NCBI RefSeq assembly: GCF_006345805.1
Contig: NC_043010.1
Location: 28,272,001 to 28,336,000 of the forward strand
Reading direction: 5' to 3'
DNA from: Octopus sinensis
Lineage: Eukaryota
Length of the DNA: 64,000 bases
The notes beneath the pieces were generated by a model that saw only the letters and a list, made by a program, of their open reading frames with translations, searched no databases and was not told the origin of the DNA. This document shows positions 41,769-55,637 of this stretch, piece after piece (position 1 is the stretch's first letter; every line of letters starts with the position of its first letter). The translations under genes were made by a program, and so were the position numbers.

Positions 41769-42658
41769 CATATATATACATATATGTATGTATGTGTGTG
41801 TGTGTGTGTATATATATATGTATGTATATATATAAGTGTGTATATATATGTGTGTATATATATATATGCATACATACATACACACACATATAAGCATATA
41901 TATACATGCACACACACATTTATTTGTACATATATGCATACATACATATACACACAATTGTACATATGTATATATGTATGTATAAGTATATATATATATA
42001 TATTATTATATATCTATATATATATATTTGTATATATACACATACATATATACATATATGTATATATGTATGTATATATGTATGTATGTATGTATGTATG
42101 TGTGTGTGTGTATGTATGTTTGTATGTGTGTGTATGTATGTATGTATGTATGTATGTGTGTGTGTGTGAGTATGTATGTATGTATGTATGTATGTATCTA
42201 TGTATGTATGTGTGTGTGTACGTATGTATGTATGTATGTATGTAATTATGTATGAATGTATGTATGTGTGTGTATGTATGTATGTATGTATGTATGTATG
42301 TATGTAGGGTACACTGAAAACTAAATACGAATTTGTGTATAAAACTTCTCTGACATTAATCGTTGATTCTCAGAAAGTCACAGATGTAGAACATTTGAGA
42401 AAATTCTGGGAAAAAAAAATGGAACTATAGTCATGTGATTGGAGTTCATGTGACTGAAATCTCTTAAATGTGACTGGTTGATGACAATAACAGATGGATG
42501 GTTCATTTAAATATAAGGCGCCACTATGCCAGAACTCCCACCTAGGTTCCTCCATCAATCTGTTCACATGTCCCTTTCCTTATTCCCTCTTCCCCTTTTT
42601 TTACCGCTTGAAGGAAAGGGTCTATGCAGAGATGGAGGGAGTGATTCATTGAACTAGA

Positions 42659-42746
<88 letters not shown>

Positions 42747-43102
42747 ATGCATGTGTGTGACTTATAGGCATCGGTGGGTCTTGAAAGACCATAGATATGC
42801 ACTGGAAAGTTTTGTGTCAGCTAGTGATAGTGGTGCAGCCTCTGTTGCTGATACACAAGCCCACACGGGTGTGGCAATCTTGCATATGTATAAATATATG
42901 GCGGTGCCCCAGCATGGCCACAGCTCGTGAGCTGAAACTAGAATCAATCAATCATATATATATATATATATTGAAACACTCCTGTCACAACCTGGGACCT
43001 TGAAGACTGCTATAATGCAAGAAAGTATACAAGTCCCTTAATATTTGATATTCAATATTCATCTATCCAATAATTCAATCAATATATAGTAAAATTTCAT
43101 TT

Positions 43103-43145
<43 letters not shown>

Positions 43146-43277
43146 ATATATATTATTTATATTATATATTCTATATTCTACATTAATATCATAAAGAATA
43201 TAATAAAACATAAAAACAGAGTTGTAATTTCTTTGAATAATCTCTACACACAATCATACAAACCCCTTTATATATAT

Positions 43278-43321
<44 letters not shown>

Positions 43322-43374
43322 ATACATATAATATATATCTATACGCTAGATAGATTAGATAGATAGATAGATAG

Positions 43375-43409
<35 letters not shown>

Positions 43410-43445
43410 AGAAAAAATATACATATATATCTATAGAAGATATAT

Positions 43446-44110
43446 ATTTCATCCTTTGTACGGCCACACCTTGAATACTGCTGCCCACTGTGGTCTCCTC
43501 ACACAAGACAAAACATCTCCAGAATTGAGTCACCCCAGAGGGCTCTCACTAAACAAATTGAAGGCATGGCTGCTCTCGACTATTGGGATCGCCTTAAAGC
43601 CTTGAAACTTTACTCCCTCCAGCGTCGCCGTGAGTGGTACATCATTTGTACGATGTGGAAAATATACCGCCAACTTTGCCCAAACGACCTAAACATTAGC
43701 TTCAAGGTTCATCCGAGACTTGGACCACGGGCTATACGTGCCCTGCCAAATTCAAGATCACAACATACATGTACACTGCAACATAATTTCTTTTCCTCAA
43801 CAGGCCCTGCCCTATTTAACATTGTCCCGAGGGAGATCAAAGAGGAAAAGGATCCCATCAACTTCAAACAGAGTCTGGATAGATTCCTTCAAAGAATACC
43901 AGATAAGCCACCCATAATTGGATACAACTCACCCAACAAGAACTCACTACTTGAACAAAACTGGATACAACTCACCCAACAAGAACTCACTACTTGAACA
44001 AAACTTGACTTAAACAGGATTCGAATAATCCTATCAGGTGGTGCTATTAAGTTAGACATGGCCTGGACCAATCTCTGGTCGAAACATATCTAAGTTTTAT
44101 CTAAGTTTTA
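43446..44110 (+). mobile_element. 5'-truncated CR1-like LINE 3' end
   Basis: RPHLEYCCPLWSP..DYWDRLKALKLYSLQRRRE..GPALFNIVP..FKQSLDRFLQRIPDKP; sits between (TA)n-rich tracts. Confidence 0.85.
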
Positions 44111-44126
44111 TATATATATATATATA

Positions 44127-44377
44127 TACAAATAAGAAAATGGAGAAATACATCGAAATCAAATATCAATTACCAGATAATACTCAATCACATACTTTAT
44201 TAAACCTCCACATAAGAAACTATAGGTTAAACATAATGACGTAGAACAAAACAGTGTTCTACATCATTATGTTAACCTTATAGTTTCTTATGTGGAGGTT
44301 TAATAAAGTATGTGATTGAGTATTATCTGGTAATTGATATTTGATTTCGATGTATTTCTCCATTTTCTTATTTTGTA
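44127..44377. repeat. Near-perfect hairpin, about 122-bp arms, 6-nt loop
   Basis: tacaaataagaaaatggag..gtagaaca / tgttctac..ctccattttcttattttgta; only a few mismatches or indels. Confidence 0.92.
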
Positions 44378-46217
44378 TTATGAATTTGTGGTAAATCACT
44401 TTACATTTACCCATATAATACAGTAAATGAAATAATTGCATCGCAATTCTTAACATTTATGTATTAACTTTGTTATTTAACAATCTGCCGTTAACACAAA
44501 GTTAGGGGAAAATTGGCAGGAATTAATTGATAAATTAGCACATTGTGCCAGTTCTTCTCTCTGGAGTTATCTGTTATAGATAACTTAATGTTAGTATAAT
44601 TAAAAAAAAAAACAGTGTATTAACAATAATGTAATTAAATGCAATAGCTAACTTAAAAGAAAAAAAAATAATGAAGTGTAATTAATTCTGATAATTAGAA
44701 ATAACAATACAGTGAAACCAAAAGCTAGAGAGATAGAGGAGTTTGTGTTAATATATCAATATTTATTTGGGGTGCATTTCAAAGGTAACTGAACATATTC
44801 ACGTACCAAAATCGAAAAAACCCCAATACGACCATCATCATCATTTTCATCATCTTCATCATTGTCGTCGTCGTTGTCATTACTGTCGTCATCATCACCA
44901 TCATTATCAGTGGCAGCTGTAGCAGCATCATCATCATTATCACCTCCACCACCACCACCAGCAGCGTCGCCACCACCATCACCACCACCACCATCATCAT
45001 CCTTTAACTTCCACTATTTCATGCCTGCATGGGTTGTTTGGAATTAGTTGAGGCAGATTTTCTACAGCTTAATGCCCTTCCTGTCACCAACCCTCGCCCG
45101 ATCCAAGCAAGGTTCCATTTTTTCCCCCCACAGTCAAACATGTTTTCACAGAAGATCAGAAACAAAGGACACCACTTGCAAGACGGTGACATTCGTTTAC
45201 GACTACGACATGAAGTGAAGGTAAGGAGAGAGTTGCTTGAACAGGTGCACAAGTCTACCACATGCCAGGTGTCAAAGTGATCACAGAGCAATGAGAAATG
45301 AAGTGTTTTGCTCCAGAACACAACGCACTGGTCTAGGAATTGAAACCATGATCTCACAATTGTGAGTGCAGCACCCTAACCACTAGACCATGTGTTCTCA
45401 CACATTTGCGGGTGCACGCACGCACACACACATACATACATACACATACTTATGCAAACTACATGATAGGCCTCTTTCAGTCTCCTTGTAAAAAATCCAC
45501 TCTCAAGGTATTGGTGTGCTTGAGGCTATAAAAGAAGAAATTTGCCCAAGGTGCCATGCAGTTGGTCTCACCCAGAAACCATGAGGCTGGGAAGCAAACT
45601 TCATATCACATAGACATATTTGTACCTCTGTGACCTGTAATGAGTTGTAGAAAACAGGATTTTCTTTTAGAGAGTCAGAAATTTAAAGACACCATTCATG
45701 GGGAAAAAAACAGTAGTTAAGTTATTTTTAAAATAATGAAGACCATGGGAAACTTTCCAAGGTTGCTTTCGGTATGGAGAACGCTGGGTGTCAAACCTGA
45801 AGAAGTGAAGAGAAAATAGTTTAAAGTTAATTGTAACCCTAAAGAATAAAAACCTTTAGTGTTAATGAAAATTATTCTCTGAAGGAGCAAGGGAATGAAA
45901 TCCTGAAATTTCACTTTTGAAAACTAAATAGAAGTATGTGGTGGAAGAGGGGTGGGTAAGTTTGATCTCTGGAAGTCATGGTGACTTTCCAAACAGTTTT
46001 CAAAATAACTTGGATCTCTTCAGCAAAGCCTACTTCACTCAATGGGTACCAACATCTAAGAATGTCTAATGTCATTAATTTTGTGTTGGCTGCGGAGGTT
46101 GACTTTGACTTTCATCCTTTTGGGGTTGATAAATTAAGTACCAGTGAAATACAGGGGTTAATAAAATCAACTAGTTCCCCCCAACAAATTTCAGGCCTTG
46201 TGCCTTTAGTAGAGTGG

Positions 46218-46294
<77 letters not shown>

Positions 46295-47095
46295 AATGGT
46301 GAGCTGGCAGAATTGTTAGCATGCCAGGCAAAATACTTAGTGGTATTTCATCTATCACTACATTCTGAGTTCTCATTCCACCAAGGTATATTTTGCCTTT
46401 CGTCCTTTCTGGGTCTATAAATTAAATACCAGTGAAACACTGGAGTCGATGTAATCGACTTATCCCCTCCCCCAAAATGGCTGCCCTTGTGGCAAAATTT
46501 GAAACCACTATCATCATCATCATTATTAGTATTATTAATATCAAAGTGGCAAGCTGGCAGAATTGTTCTGAGTTCAAATTCCGCCGAGGTTGACTTTGCC
46601 TTTCATCCTTTCAGGGTTGATAAATTAAGTACTAGTTGCGTACTGGGATCGATCTAATCAACTGCCCCCACCAAAAAAAAAAAATTTAAGGCTTTGTGCT
46701 TAGAGTAGAAAAGATTTTTATTATTATTATTATTATTAATATCAAGGTGACAAGCTAGCAGAATTGGTAGCACGCTGGGTGAAATGCTTAGTGGTATTTC
46801 ATCTGTCTTCACGTTCTGAGTTCAAAATCCACTGAGGTTGACTTTGATTTTCATCCTTTTGGGGTTGATAAATTGAGTACCAGTTGAGTATTAGGGGGCA
46901 GGTGTCAATGTAATTCACTAGTCTTTTCCCGTCAAATTTCAGACCTTCTTCTTACAACAGGAAAGGTTATTAGTTGTGTATATGTGTGTGTGTGTGTGTG
47001 TCTGAAGGCATGTGTGTGTGTGTGTGCACACATGTGCATGTGTGTCTGAAGGCATGTGCATGTGTATGTGAGTGCATGTATGTGTCTGAATGCAT

Positions 47096-47135
<40 letters not shown>

Positions 47136-48099
47136 CTGAAGACATGAGTGTGAGTGTGTGTGAATAGAACAAACATACAGTGATAAGGGGAAGTTAAATT
47201 AATAATAGGGAACTTTAAAAATGCCAATTAGAAATAATTGTCTGAGGAAGAGTAAATATCAACCACTGGTTTATATTAGTTATGTGCTGTTTATTAATCG
47301 CAAGGGCAGAAGTATTAACATGCATTTACATTTATACTTCTGCTTTGCGATTACATTGTTTGAGGCTCAATTATATAGTCTGGCATCTTGGGTAATTGTC
47401 TTCAATCATAACTTTGGTGTGTGAGTGATAGAGATAAGAGAAAATGGCATGAAAGGTTGTCGTGTGTGTGTGTGTGTGTGTGTGTGTGTCTATATATATT
47501 GAGTATGTATTGATAGGAAGGTGTGCGTATATGTGTATATACAAGGATGTCCTGAAAAGTTTCTGGCTTTAAAAGTATCATGAAAGGCCTGGCTGGAGGC
47601 CCAACCTGCCGAGTTCTTTTACAGGGCTTAAAAAACTGAAGGACTGCTGTAATAAGTGTGTGAATCTGAGAGGGGAATATATTGGATAAAATCATAATTA
47701 ATTGATCCTCTTGTATTTCCTTTTACCCAAAGCCAGGGACTTTTCATCACCCATTTGCATATATATATATATATGAAGGGGTGTTGAAAAGTTCCTGTCT
47801 TTAAGGGCATCACAATAAGCCTGGTTGGAGGCCCGACCTTTTGAGTTCTTTTATCAGGCTTAGAAAAACTGAAGGACCACTGCAATAAGTGTGGGAATCT
47901 GAGAGGGGAATATATTGTATAAAATGTCTTCTGCTCCTCAGAACTGGTTGGTCTTGTACCTTTACATATCATCTATCCCCAACCTACAATTTGTTGCAAA
48001 GGTGTTGTTGTTGTTGGTGATGTTTAGCTCCACAGATCTCTAATTAAATTCATTCCCATGTGACCATCACGATTAATGACCAACACCGTGTTCGACTGA

Positions 48100-48900
48100 G
48101 AGTCATCCATTGGCTACATTGATGCCCATCAAAGTCTGTTGGAGCAAGTGACCACCACTACAGTGATCATTGGTGATAACTGCACCTTGGCGAGAAGCAG
48201 CAAACTGAGATTCCACATGATTAAGGTGAGTGGTCCTACTTGTTTACCCCTGTACGGTCTCATAGTCTCTCACTTCAAACTTCTTTTCAACTTTCCCTTG
48301 CAGAACTTCTTGGTTATCAGACTCATCAGACATCGCATATCAAGGAACACTTCTTCCAACGAGTCACTTTAAGATGAAAGGGTACAATTTGGGCACTGAT
48401 ACACTTTCATACCACCCTCCAAAATTTAAGCAGCTACTGATCCCTAACAAGGCTCAGCTGATGCTCTTGTTGTGGTACTGCATCCAAATTTGGGATGGTG
48501 CAGCCACTACACATATTGAAATACTAGATCACATCCAAAGAAGGGCCATTCTGCTGACTGGTGCTCCATCATACTCCAGCCTTTAGCCTATGTGGAAGCT
48601 GTCTCCTCTCTGTTTTACCTATAAATACTATAATGGTCTCTGCTCCTGAGAGCTGGCTGGTCTTGTACCTTCACCTCTCATCCATCCCCAACCTACTCCA
48701 CCTCTTGTCACTTCTTGTGATGCAAAGGGTGAAGTGGATTGGGGTGCCTCTTGTCACTTCTTACAACCCTTGGTACTGTTTCCTACACTAAGCATTCTAC
48801 CCAATCCTTTATCCCCACAACATGAGCATCTCCTCCTTGCTCATGTCTTTCCTGCAGATGTTGATCTACAACATTTTTAATAGAGCATTAACAGCATCAA
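48100..48900 (+). mobile_element. Degraded CR1/L2/Jockey-group LINE 3' region
   Basis: Frameshifted ..YCIQIWDGAATTHIEILDHIQRRAILLTG..YKYYNGLCS*EL.. motifs. Confidence 0.6.
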
Positions 48901-49069
48901 TCTCTCACCAGTCTTGGAGGACCAGTGAAGGTCATGAGCTGTGCCCCTTCTTCTAGATTTAACAAATAGAAATAAACATTTGTTTTCATCTGACCGCTTC
49001 AATCTCCTTCTCCAATCTCTGGAAACCCTTGCATGGACATAGTTATCAGCAGACCAAGAAGAGCTTATA

Positions 49070-49636
49070 CGAGTGGGGTTCATTAAAGATTTCCCCTCAC
49101 CCACTTCCCAAGGACTAGGATAAATGAAACTTGGCATAATTATTAGTCCTTCTCTACATAGCTACCACCAATGATGACACACTTCTCCCATCGCTTTGTA
49201 CAGCTGTGAAGACCTTGCCTACAGAAGTCGGTATGTTGCGTCTGGAACCAAGACTTTACCTCAGAAATAAGTTCACCATAATCTGAAAAGCGCTTCTCAT
49301 TCAAAAAAAACTTTTTTCAACCACATTTGAACTGGTGATGCCAGTGCTTGACTATGTCGTATGATGGTACATCATCACCATAAACTTCTTCTCATCAAAA
49401 GTCTCTTTTGGTGTACGATCTTTCAAGTATAAGATCTTGATCACTGATCTGCATTCAACTGCCTCCATTATAACACCTTAGTCCAGTTCAGCTGCCCTAA
49501 AAGACAAATGAATACTAGTGGAGAGCTGCAATTTACAATGTACCAAGTAGAGACATGTATTATTATATCTGTACAAGTTCTATTTCCTGCAATAATCAGA
49601 ACTTGATCTGGCGAAATCTTTAATGAACATCCCCCA
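49070..49636 (-). mobile_element. Internally deleted mariner element
   Basis: TIRs TA|cgagtggggttcattaaagatttc and gaaatctttaatgaacatccccca|TA. Minus strand keeps N-terminal MEAVECRSVIKILYLK and C-terminal KRWEKCVIIGGSYVEK remnants. Confidence 0.75.
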
Positions 49637-51186
49637 TATCAAATAGAAGACACTTGATATTGTAGTGAGAACTAGAATTGAAACCTCACAACCCTGGTAG
49701 CTGGATCCAGACCACACTTGGGTCAGGCAAAGTGCCTTGATCACTGACCAAACAGCTTGCAGGAAATATCATGCCCTAATCACAGAACATAATTGAATTT
49801 TCCGTGATTGTTAAAAGGCGTTATAAAAACAAAATCAGGCCAAGATCAGCTGCAGAGTTTGAGAGAGCTACCAGAGAACACAAATCTTCACCTTTTGCCA
49901 AAGCAAACAAGAGAGAGAGCATGGCCCAGGATAGCAGAACTAGCTAGTCCTTACAACGTCGAGTTTTCTTTCACTGAATTTCAGCCAAGAGTGAAAAAGA
50001 TTTCTTTGGTAATGTTAGGCAGACTTTCCTTATCTGTTCTGTTCATGATTTAATTACAGCCATATTCAATTTTAGCCACGTACATACCCAAACGGTGACT
50101 ATCAGAAAAAAAATGCTTTGTGTATAATTGTACATTTACTGTAATAACCTATATAACAAGTAAATTTATTTCAACTATGAACTCGTCTGATTCGTTTTGG
50201 GAATCAAACGTAGCTAGCTAACAACATTCAACCGTGATCCACACAACAAATTCTAAAATATCAAGTTGAAGATGTGAAGACTGCGATGGAAGATGGGAAC
50301 ACATGGCGTGGATGAGTTGCATTCGTCCAGGTAAGTCGTCTTACTGGATAGAATAGATTTAGGTTTGTTTCCATTACAAAAGAAGAATATGTGTCAGTGG
50401 TATGGCCAAGGTACAAATACGGTTTTAATTAAACTAATTTATATTTACACGAACAATTCAAAGTGGAAAATATAAATAACCATTCCATATTGACTGAAAT
50501 TCAACTTTGACCTGAATTTTACGATCAGAAGATCGTAAAAACAGCTCAGAAACTACAAGTGTTTTGTTTGTTTACATTTTCAAAGCTTGGTCAGGCCTTC
50601 GTTTGGACTCAAAGGTTACGAAAGTATGACTAACTTCATTTTTTAAAAGAATAATTGGTTCTCAATAACACTTTAAACAATTGGTTGCTAAAAACCAAAA
50701 ATTAGGGTAAAATCTGAAATCTAGTAAAAACTCTGTTGACTGATTGTTTTGGCAATAATTAGTTGACAGAAGAGATAATACATGAGTTCGATGAGTAGAA
50801 TGGCCGAAAGCCACGAACAATAGTATATTGTACATGAATACCATTGAGCTGAACAAATGGTGAGTTGGCAGGAATGGTTAGTGTCGGAGAAAATGCTTTG
50901 CGGTATCGCGTGATGTGGTAAAAGATGTAAGGATGTGACGCGAGAGTTGAGAATGAGTGACTCCACTTGATTGTAAGACATAGAAGTAAGGCAAGGCTTC
51001 AGTGGCGGACTGTGGTTTGCGGGGTCGAAGCTGAACCCGGCCTCCACTCCATTGTATTGCCCACCCTTTGTGTTGGCCTCTGGTAGGCAATTAAAAAAAT
51101 CATTACTTTCCTGTCTTTCATCCTTCCGGTGTTGTTGATAAAGTAACAGTCTAGTATGGAGGTCAAATCCTCTCTCTCTCTCTCTA

Positions 51187-51223
<37 letters not shown>

Positions 51224-51466
51224 GGAAGAAATCAACTACATTCAGAACCGGGCACGGACAGAGGGAGAGAGAGAGAGATGAGCTCCACTCCTATGACTTC
51301 ATCGGGGCTTGTGGCCTTACTCCATCACACCCATACGCCTGTATAAGGAAGAAAGAGAAAGTGATGTTATCGTTTTAGTGTATGTGAAAAAGAAAAAAAA
51401 ATAGGCTTACTGCTGCTATAAATTGAACTTCTGACTGCTCAGAGAAGCAGGGTATATTATATATAT

Positions 51467-51885
51467 ACTAGCAGAGACACCCGACCTTGCTCAGGATTAA
51501 GATGGCATAGTCTTTTTTTTTAGTGTTTTACTTGTTTCAGTCATGTGACTGCGACCATGCTGGAGCACTGCCTTTGGTCGAAAAAATCGACCACAGGATT
51601 TATTCTTTGTAAGTAAGCCTAGTACATATTCTATCAGGGTCTTTGGATCTTTTTGCCGGTGGCACGTAAAAAGCACCAACCGATCGTGGCCGCTGCCAGT
51701 ACCCCTCCCCCCGTGGCACCTGTGCCGGTGGCACGAAAAAGGCACCCACTACAATCACGGAGTGGTTGGCGTTAGGAAGGGCATCCAGCTGTAGAAACAC
51801 TGCCAGATCAGACTGGAGCCTGGTGCAGCCTCCTGGCTTCCCAGACCCCGGTCAAACCGTCCAAACGGTCAAACGGACGTTAAAC

Positions 51886-51919
<34 letters not shown>

Positions 51920-52668
51920 CTCCCTCTTTGTTTCTCTCTCCTTTCTCTCTCCCTTTCCCACTCTCTTACTCTTCCTTTCTCTCGGACTCTCCCTCGCTTT
52001 CTCTTACTCTCTATCTTTCTCTATCTATTTCTCTCCCATTTATAAACAACAAAAGATCTTGAGTAAGTTGAGAAAGAAAGTAGTTTGAAAGATCAATCAT
52101 AAATATCAGGCAGTGACAACGGAAAGGTCTGCTTCAAGGCAGAAAGCAAAACACTAACATTTAAAAGAGACAGACGAACTTGCGAGCTGAAAAAAAATAA
52201 AAAAATATTGGAAACCAAAGTTTGAAAGGATAGAATCTGAGGATAGTAGAGTCACCATGGCTGGCATTTCTTAACGACGGACAGTAACATAGTGGCAGTT
52301 TAACGGCTGGCGTAAAATTTTGAACTTGATGTAAAAGAAAATTCCTAAACACCAAGCTTTGAAGTGATTCTTTCTCACGACAGTAGACTCACCATGGCAA
52401 GCATTCAAAACTTCTTCATCATGGACGGCAACACATTGACGATTTAAAGGCTCTTTTCACATTTTGGTTAATATAACCCGATTTCATTCGGGTCTACTCG
52501 GGTCACATTTTATAAGATGAGGAATTTTGTCCTAGAGGTCACGCCTTTCATTTGAGGGAAAAAATAGTTGCCATGCAAACTCGCCAGCACTTTTAACATA
52601 GGTGTGCATATTTTCAGCACAACCGACCACATAATGCACACATATATATATATATGTGTGTGTGTGTG

Positions 52669-52707
<39 letters not shown>

Positions 52708-53549
52708 CATTATATATACAAATGTATACAAATTATATATATATATATATATAAATTAAATTAGAGATAAAACCACTATTAGGCAAATCAAACAGTGAAA
52801 AACATAAACCAAAACATAAAAATAAAAATACAATATACAAAATATATAAAATATAAAATTGAAAAATTTAAATTATTTAAATTTAAAATTAAAATTATTA
52901 ATTTATATTTATAATTTTTTTAAATATATATAACTATCAAAAAGTATTAAAAAGTTTAATATACATAAATACAGATATATACACTTTGTATATATACATT
53001 ATATATACATATTTATATATAGAACACACACACACATATAAATTAACCCAATAAATATCTGATTCATAATATTTGTTCTCATGATTGTGTAGTGGTGGTG
53101 GTGGCGATGATAATTCTGTCTATGCAAGCAGACAAACGCAGAGAGAGAGTGTGTGTGTGTGAAAGCGCTGTCGAAGGCGATGAGGGGGAGATATAGAACG
53201 CTGTTTGACGACGTTATAAAGAGAAAATTAAGGGGAGTTAGACGCTGTTAAACGACGTTATATATAGAAAGTGATGGGAAGGGAGAAAAGAGAGTGAGTG
53301 ACGGAGGAAGACAGATACATACATAAAATGAGAGTAGACTTGTCAAAGTGCGTTTTTGGCCCTAGCAACGACACTTTTAAGATAGGGATTTCTAACCTAG
53401 CCCACTGGCATCCTCACTCTTTTACATGTCTCTGTAAATTTTGGAGTCAATCCAACGGGATCTAGTGGCCTTTAACCCGTTCTCAATGCCAAAACCAGAC
53501 AAACAAACAAACTTTTCGCATTTCAGATTTATAATATAGAGAAGAAGAT
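51467..53549 (+). mobile_element. Possible Helitron-like element with nested SINEs and microsatellites
   Basis: 5'-type end actagcagagacacccgaccttgctcagg at 51467 and 3'-type end cagacaaacaaacaaacttttcgcatttcagatttataatatagag at about 53500-53549. That both ends belong to one element is inferred. Confidence 0.45.
51640..51920 (+). mobile_element. SINE/LINE-tail family 4 with (GAT)n tail; reversed remnants near 39290-39420 and 45000-45100
   Basis: ggttggcgttaggaagggcatccagctgtagaaac core followed by gatgatgat. Confidence 0.65.
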
Positions 53550-53567
53550 ATATATACAGTAAATATG

Positions 53568-53629
<62 letters not shown>

Positions 53630-53725
53630 TATATATATATTATATATATATTACATATATATACACACACCACATATACACATATATACATACATATATA
53701 TATATATATATATATTATATATACA

Positions 53726-55637
53726 CAGTCAACTCTCGCTACTATGCCACCCTGCGGGACTGAGCCAAAGTGGCATAGCACCGAGAGTGGCATAGTACAG
53801 AGGGTCTGTTATCTAAACACTACATAACAAAAAATTTACTGAACATACGAATAAAAATTCATAGGGTAGGAAGTAAGGCCAATAAGAAGTTCAATGCAAT
53901 GGTAAAAAGAAGACATCCAAGTTTATTAAGTTCAGATTGCTTTTATTTAAACCTGAAGCTCTCAAAAATTGTCGGCTGACGCATCTTCTTTCGGCGGATT
54001 TCATTCATTTCGTTGTCTAGCCTATCACACGCCTGCATGACGCTGGGTTTTCCGCTGCTCTGCTGCTGCGTAAACTTTCGGATAGTTCTCCATGCTCTCT
54101 GGGCATCTGCAAACGAAACGTATTCCTCTTCCACAATTACCTCGTCGTCTTCACTTTCCACCGGCTCTTCGTTATGCATTACCTCCTTTGCTATTTCTTC
54201 TAGAGTGAAAGATCCTCCAGTTACGAGGCGATCGTCAGCACTGAGAAAATCAAACAGCTCAATTGTTTCGTTCTCGTGTGTCTTTTCCTCGGGAGGTAAA
54301 GCTTTCCAGATCTCGAACAGCTCAGCATCCTCTGGCTCTATTTGTATTTCCTCTTCAATAAACTTGGCTTTCGCGAAACAGTTCTTAATCGTCAATTCAC
54401 TGACCTGCTCCCATGCACGCCGAGCGACGTGCAGAGAGTCGAGCAATGTAAATTTAAACTCGTTTCCTTCGTCCATGGCTTCGAGACGGCGGGACAGCAA
54501 GAGCTTTTTGTAATGGTGCTTAAGATTTTGTATGATTCCTTGATCCATTGGTTGGGAATTTGCTGTCGTGTTGGGCGGAAAGAAGAGCATTTGGATGTTG
54601 TCCAAGTGGACGTCAGAAGGGTGACCAGAGAAGTTATCGAGACAGAGCAACACTTTGCGGTTTTGCTGCCCGAGTTGTCCGTCCCACGTGTGTAACATTT
54701 CTTCAAATATTTCTGCTGTCATCCACGCCTTCGAATTAGCTTTGTACTTCACAGGAATCTCTTTGTTCTTAAACGCACGAGGTTGCTTGGAATTTCCGAT
54801 CACCAGAAGAGGTAGCTTCTCGCTGCCGCTTAAGTTTGCTCCGACCAAAAGAGTGATTCTTTGCTTGCTTTTCTTTCCCCCTGTGCACCGCACTCCCCTG
54901 AAAGCCGTGGTCTTGTTCGGAAGTAGTTGCCAAAAGAGTCCAGTTTCGTCCAAGTTGAACACGTCGTTCGCGGAAAACTGCCTGAGCAAGGGCCAGAGAA
55001 CCTCTTGTTGCCACTTAATACGAGATTGAGAATTCACCGCTCCAGCTTCGCCCTGCATTGTCTTCAACGTGATGCCGTGACGATTTTTGAAATTGTCTAG
55101 CCAACCGTCGCTTGCCATAAAGTTCGGAATGTGCATAAGCTCGGCCAGTTTAATTGCTTTCTCCTTCAAAAGATCACCACTGACCGGCAGATTCTGTCCT
55201 CTTGTTTGTTTCAGCCACATTAGCACGCCATCATCGAGCTTCGGGTTGTGAGATTGCGTCAGCTTCATGCGCTTCGATGGAATTCCAACGTTGATGGCTG
55301 CCTCGATTGCATCCATTTTGTTGAGAATGCCCTTCACCGTGGTTCTCTTGACTTCGATGCCCCATTTCTTGCTTATTTCTTTAGCCAGCTTAGACTGGTT
55401 CGGCTCGTTTTTCGCAGCATCGATAATCTCCTTCTTTTCCTTCAGCGTAAACTCAGTCCGCTTGCGTTTCTGAGCTGACATTGTGTGCTACTTTCTGAAC
55501 TTTTCCACAAGATTACAAATACGAAATGTACAAAATGTAGGAGTACAAAATTTCGAAAAGTTGCGTGCGCTTCAGTTTACAAGTGGCATAGTGGCGAGAG
55601 TGGCATAGTAGCGCGGTGGCATAGTAGCGAGAGTTGA

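Noticed and set aside
53943-55481. Domesticated TIGD/CENP-B-like host gene
   Set aside because: Perfect TIRs tightly bracket the intronless ORF, so no gene symbol was assigned.
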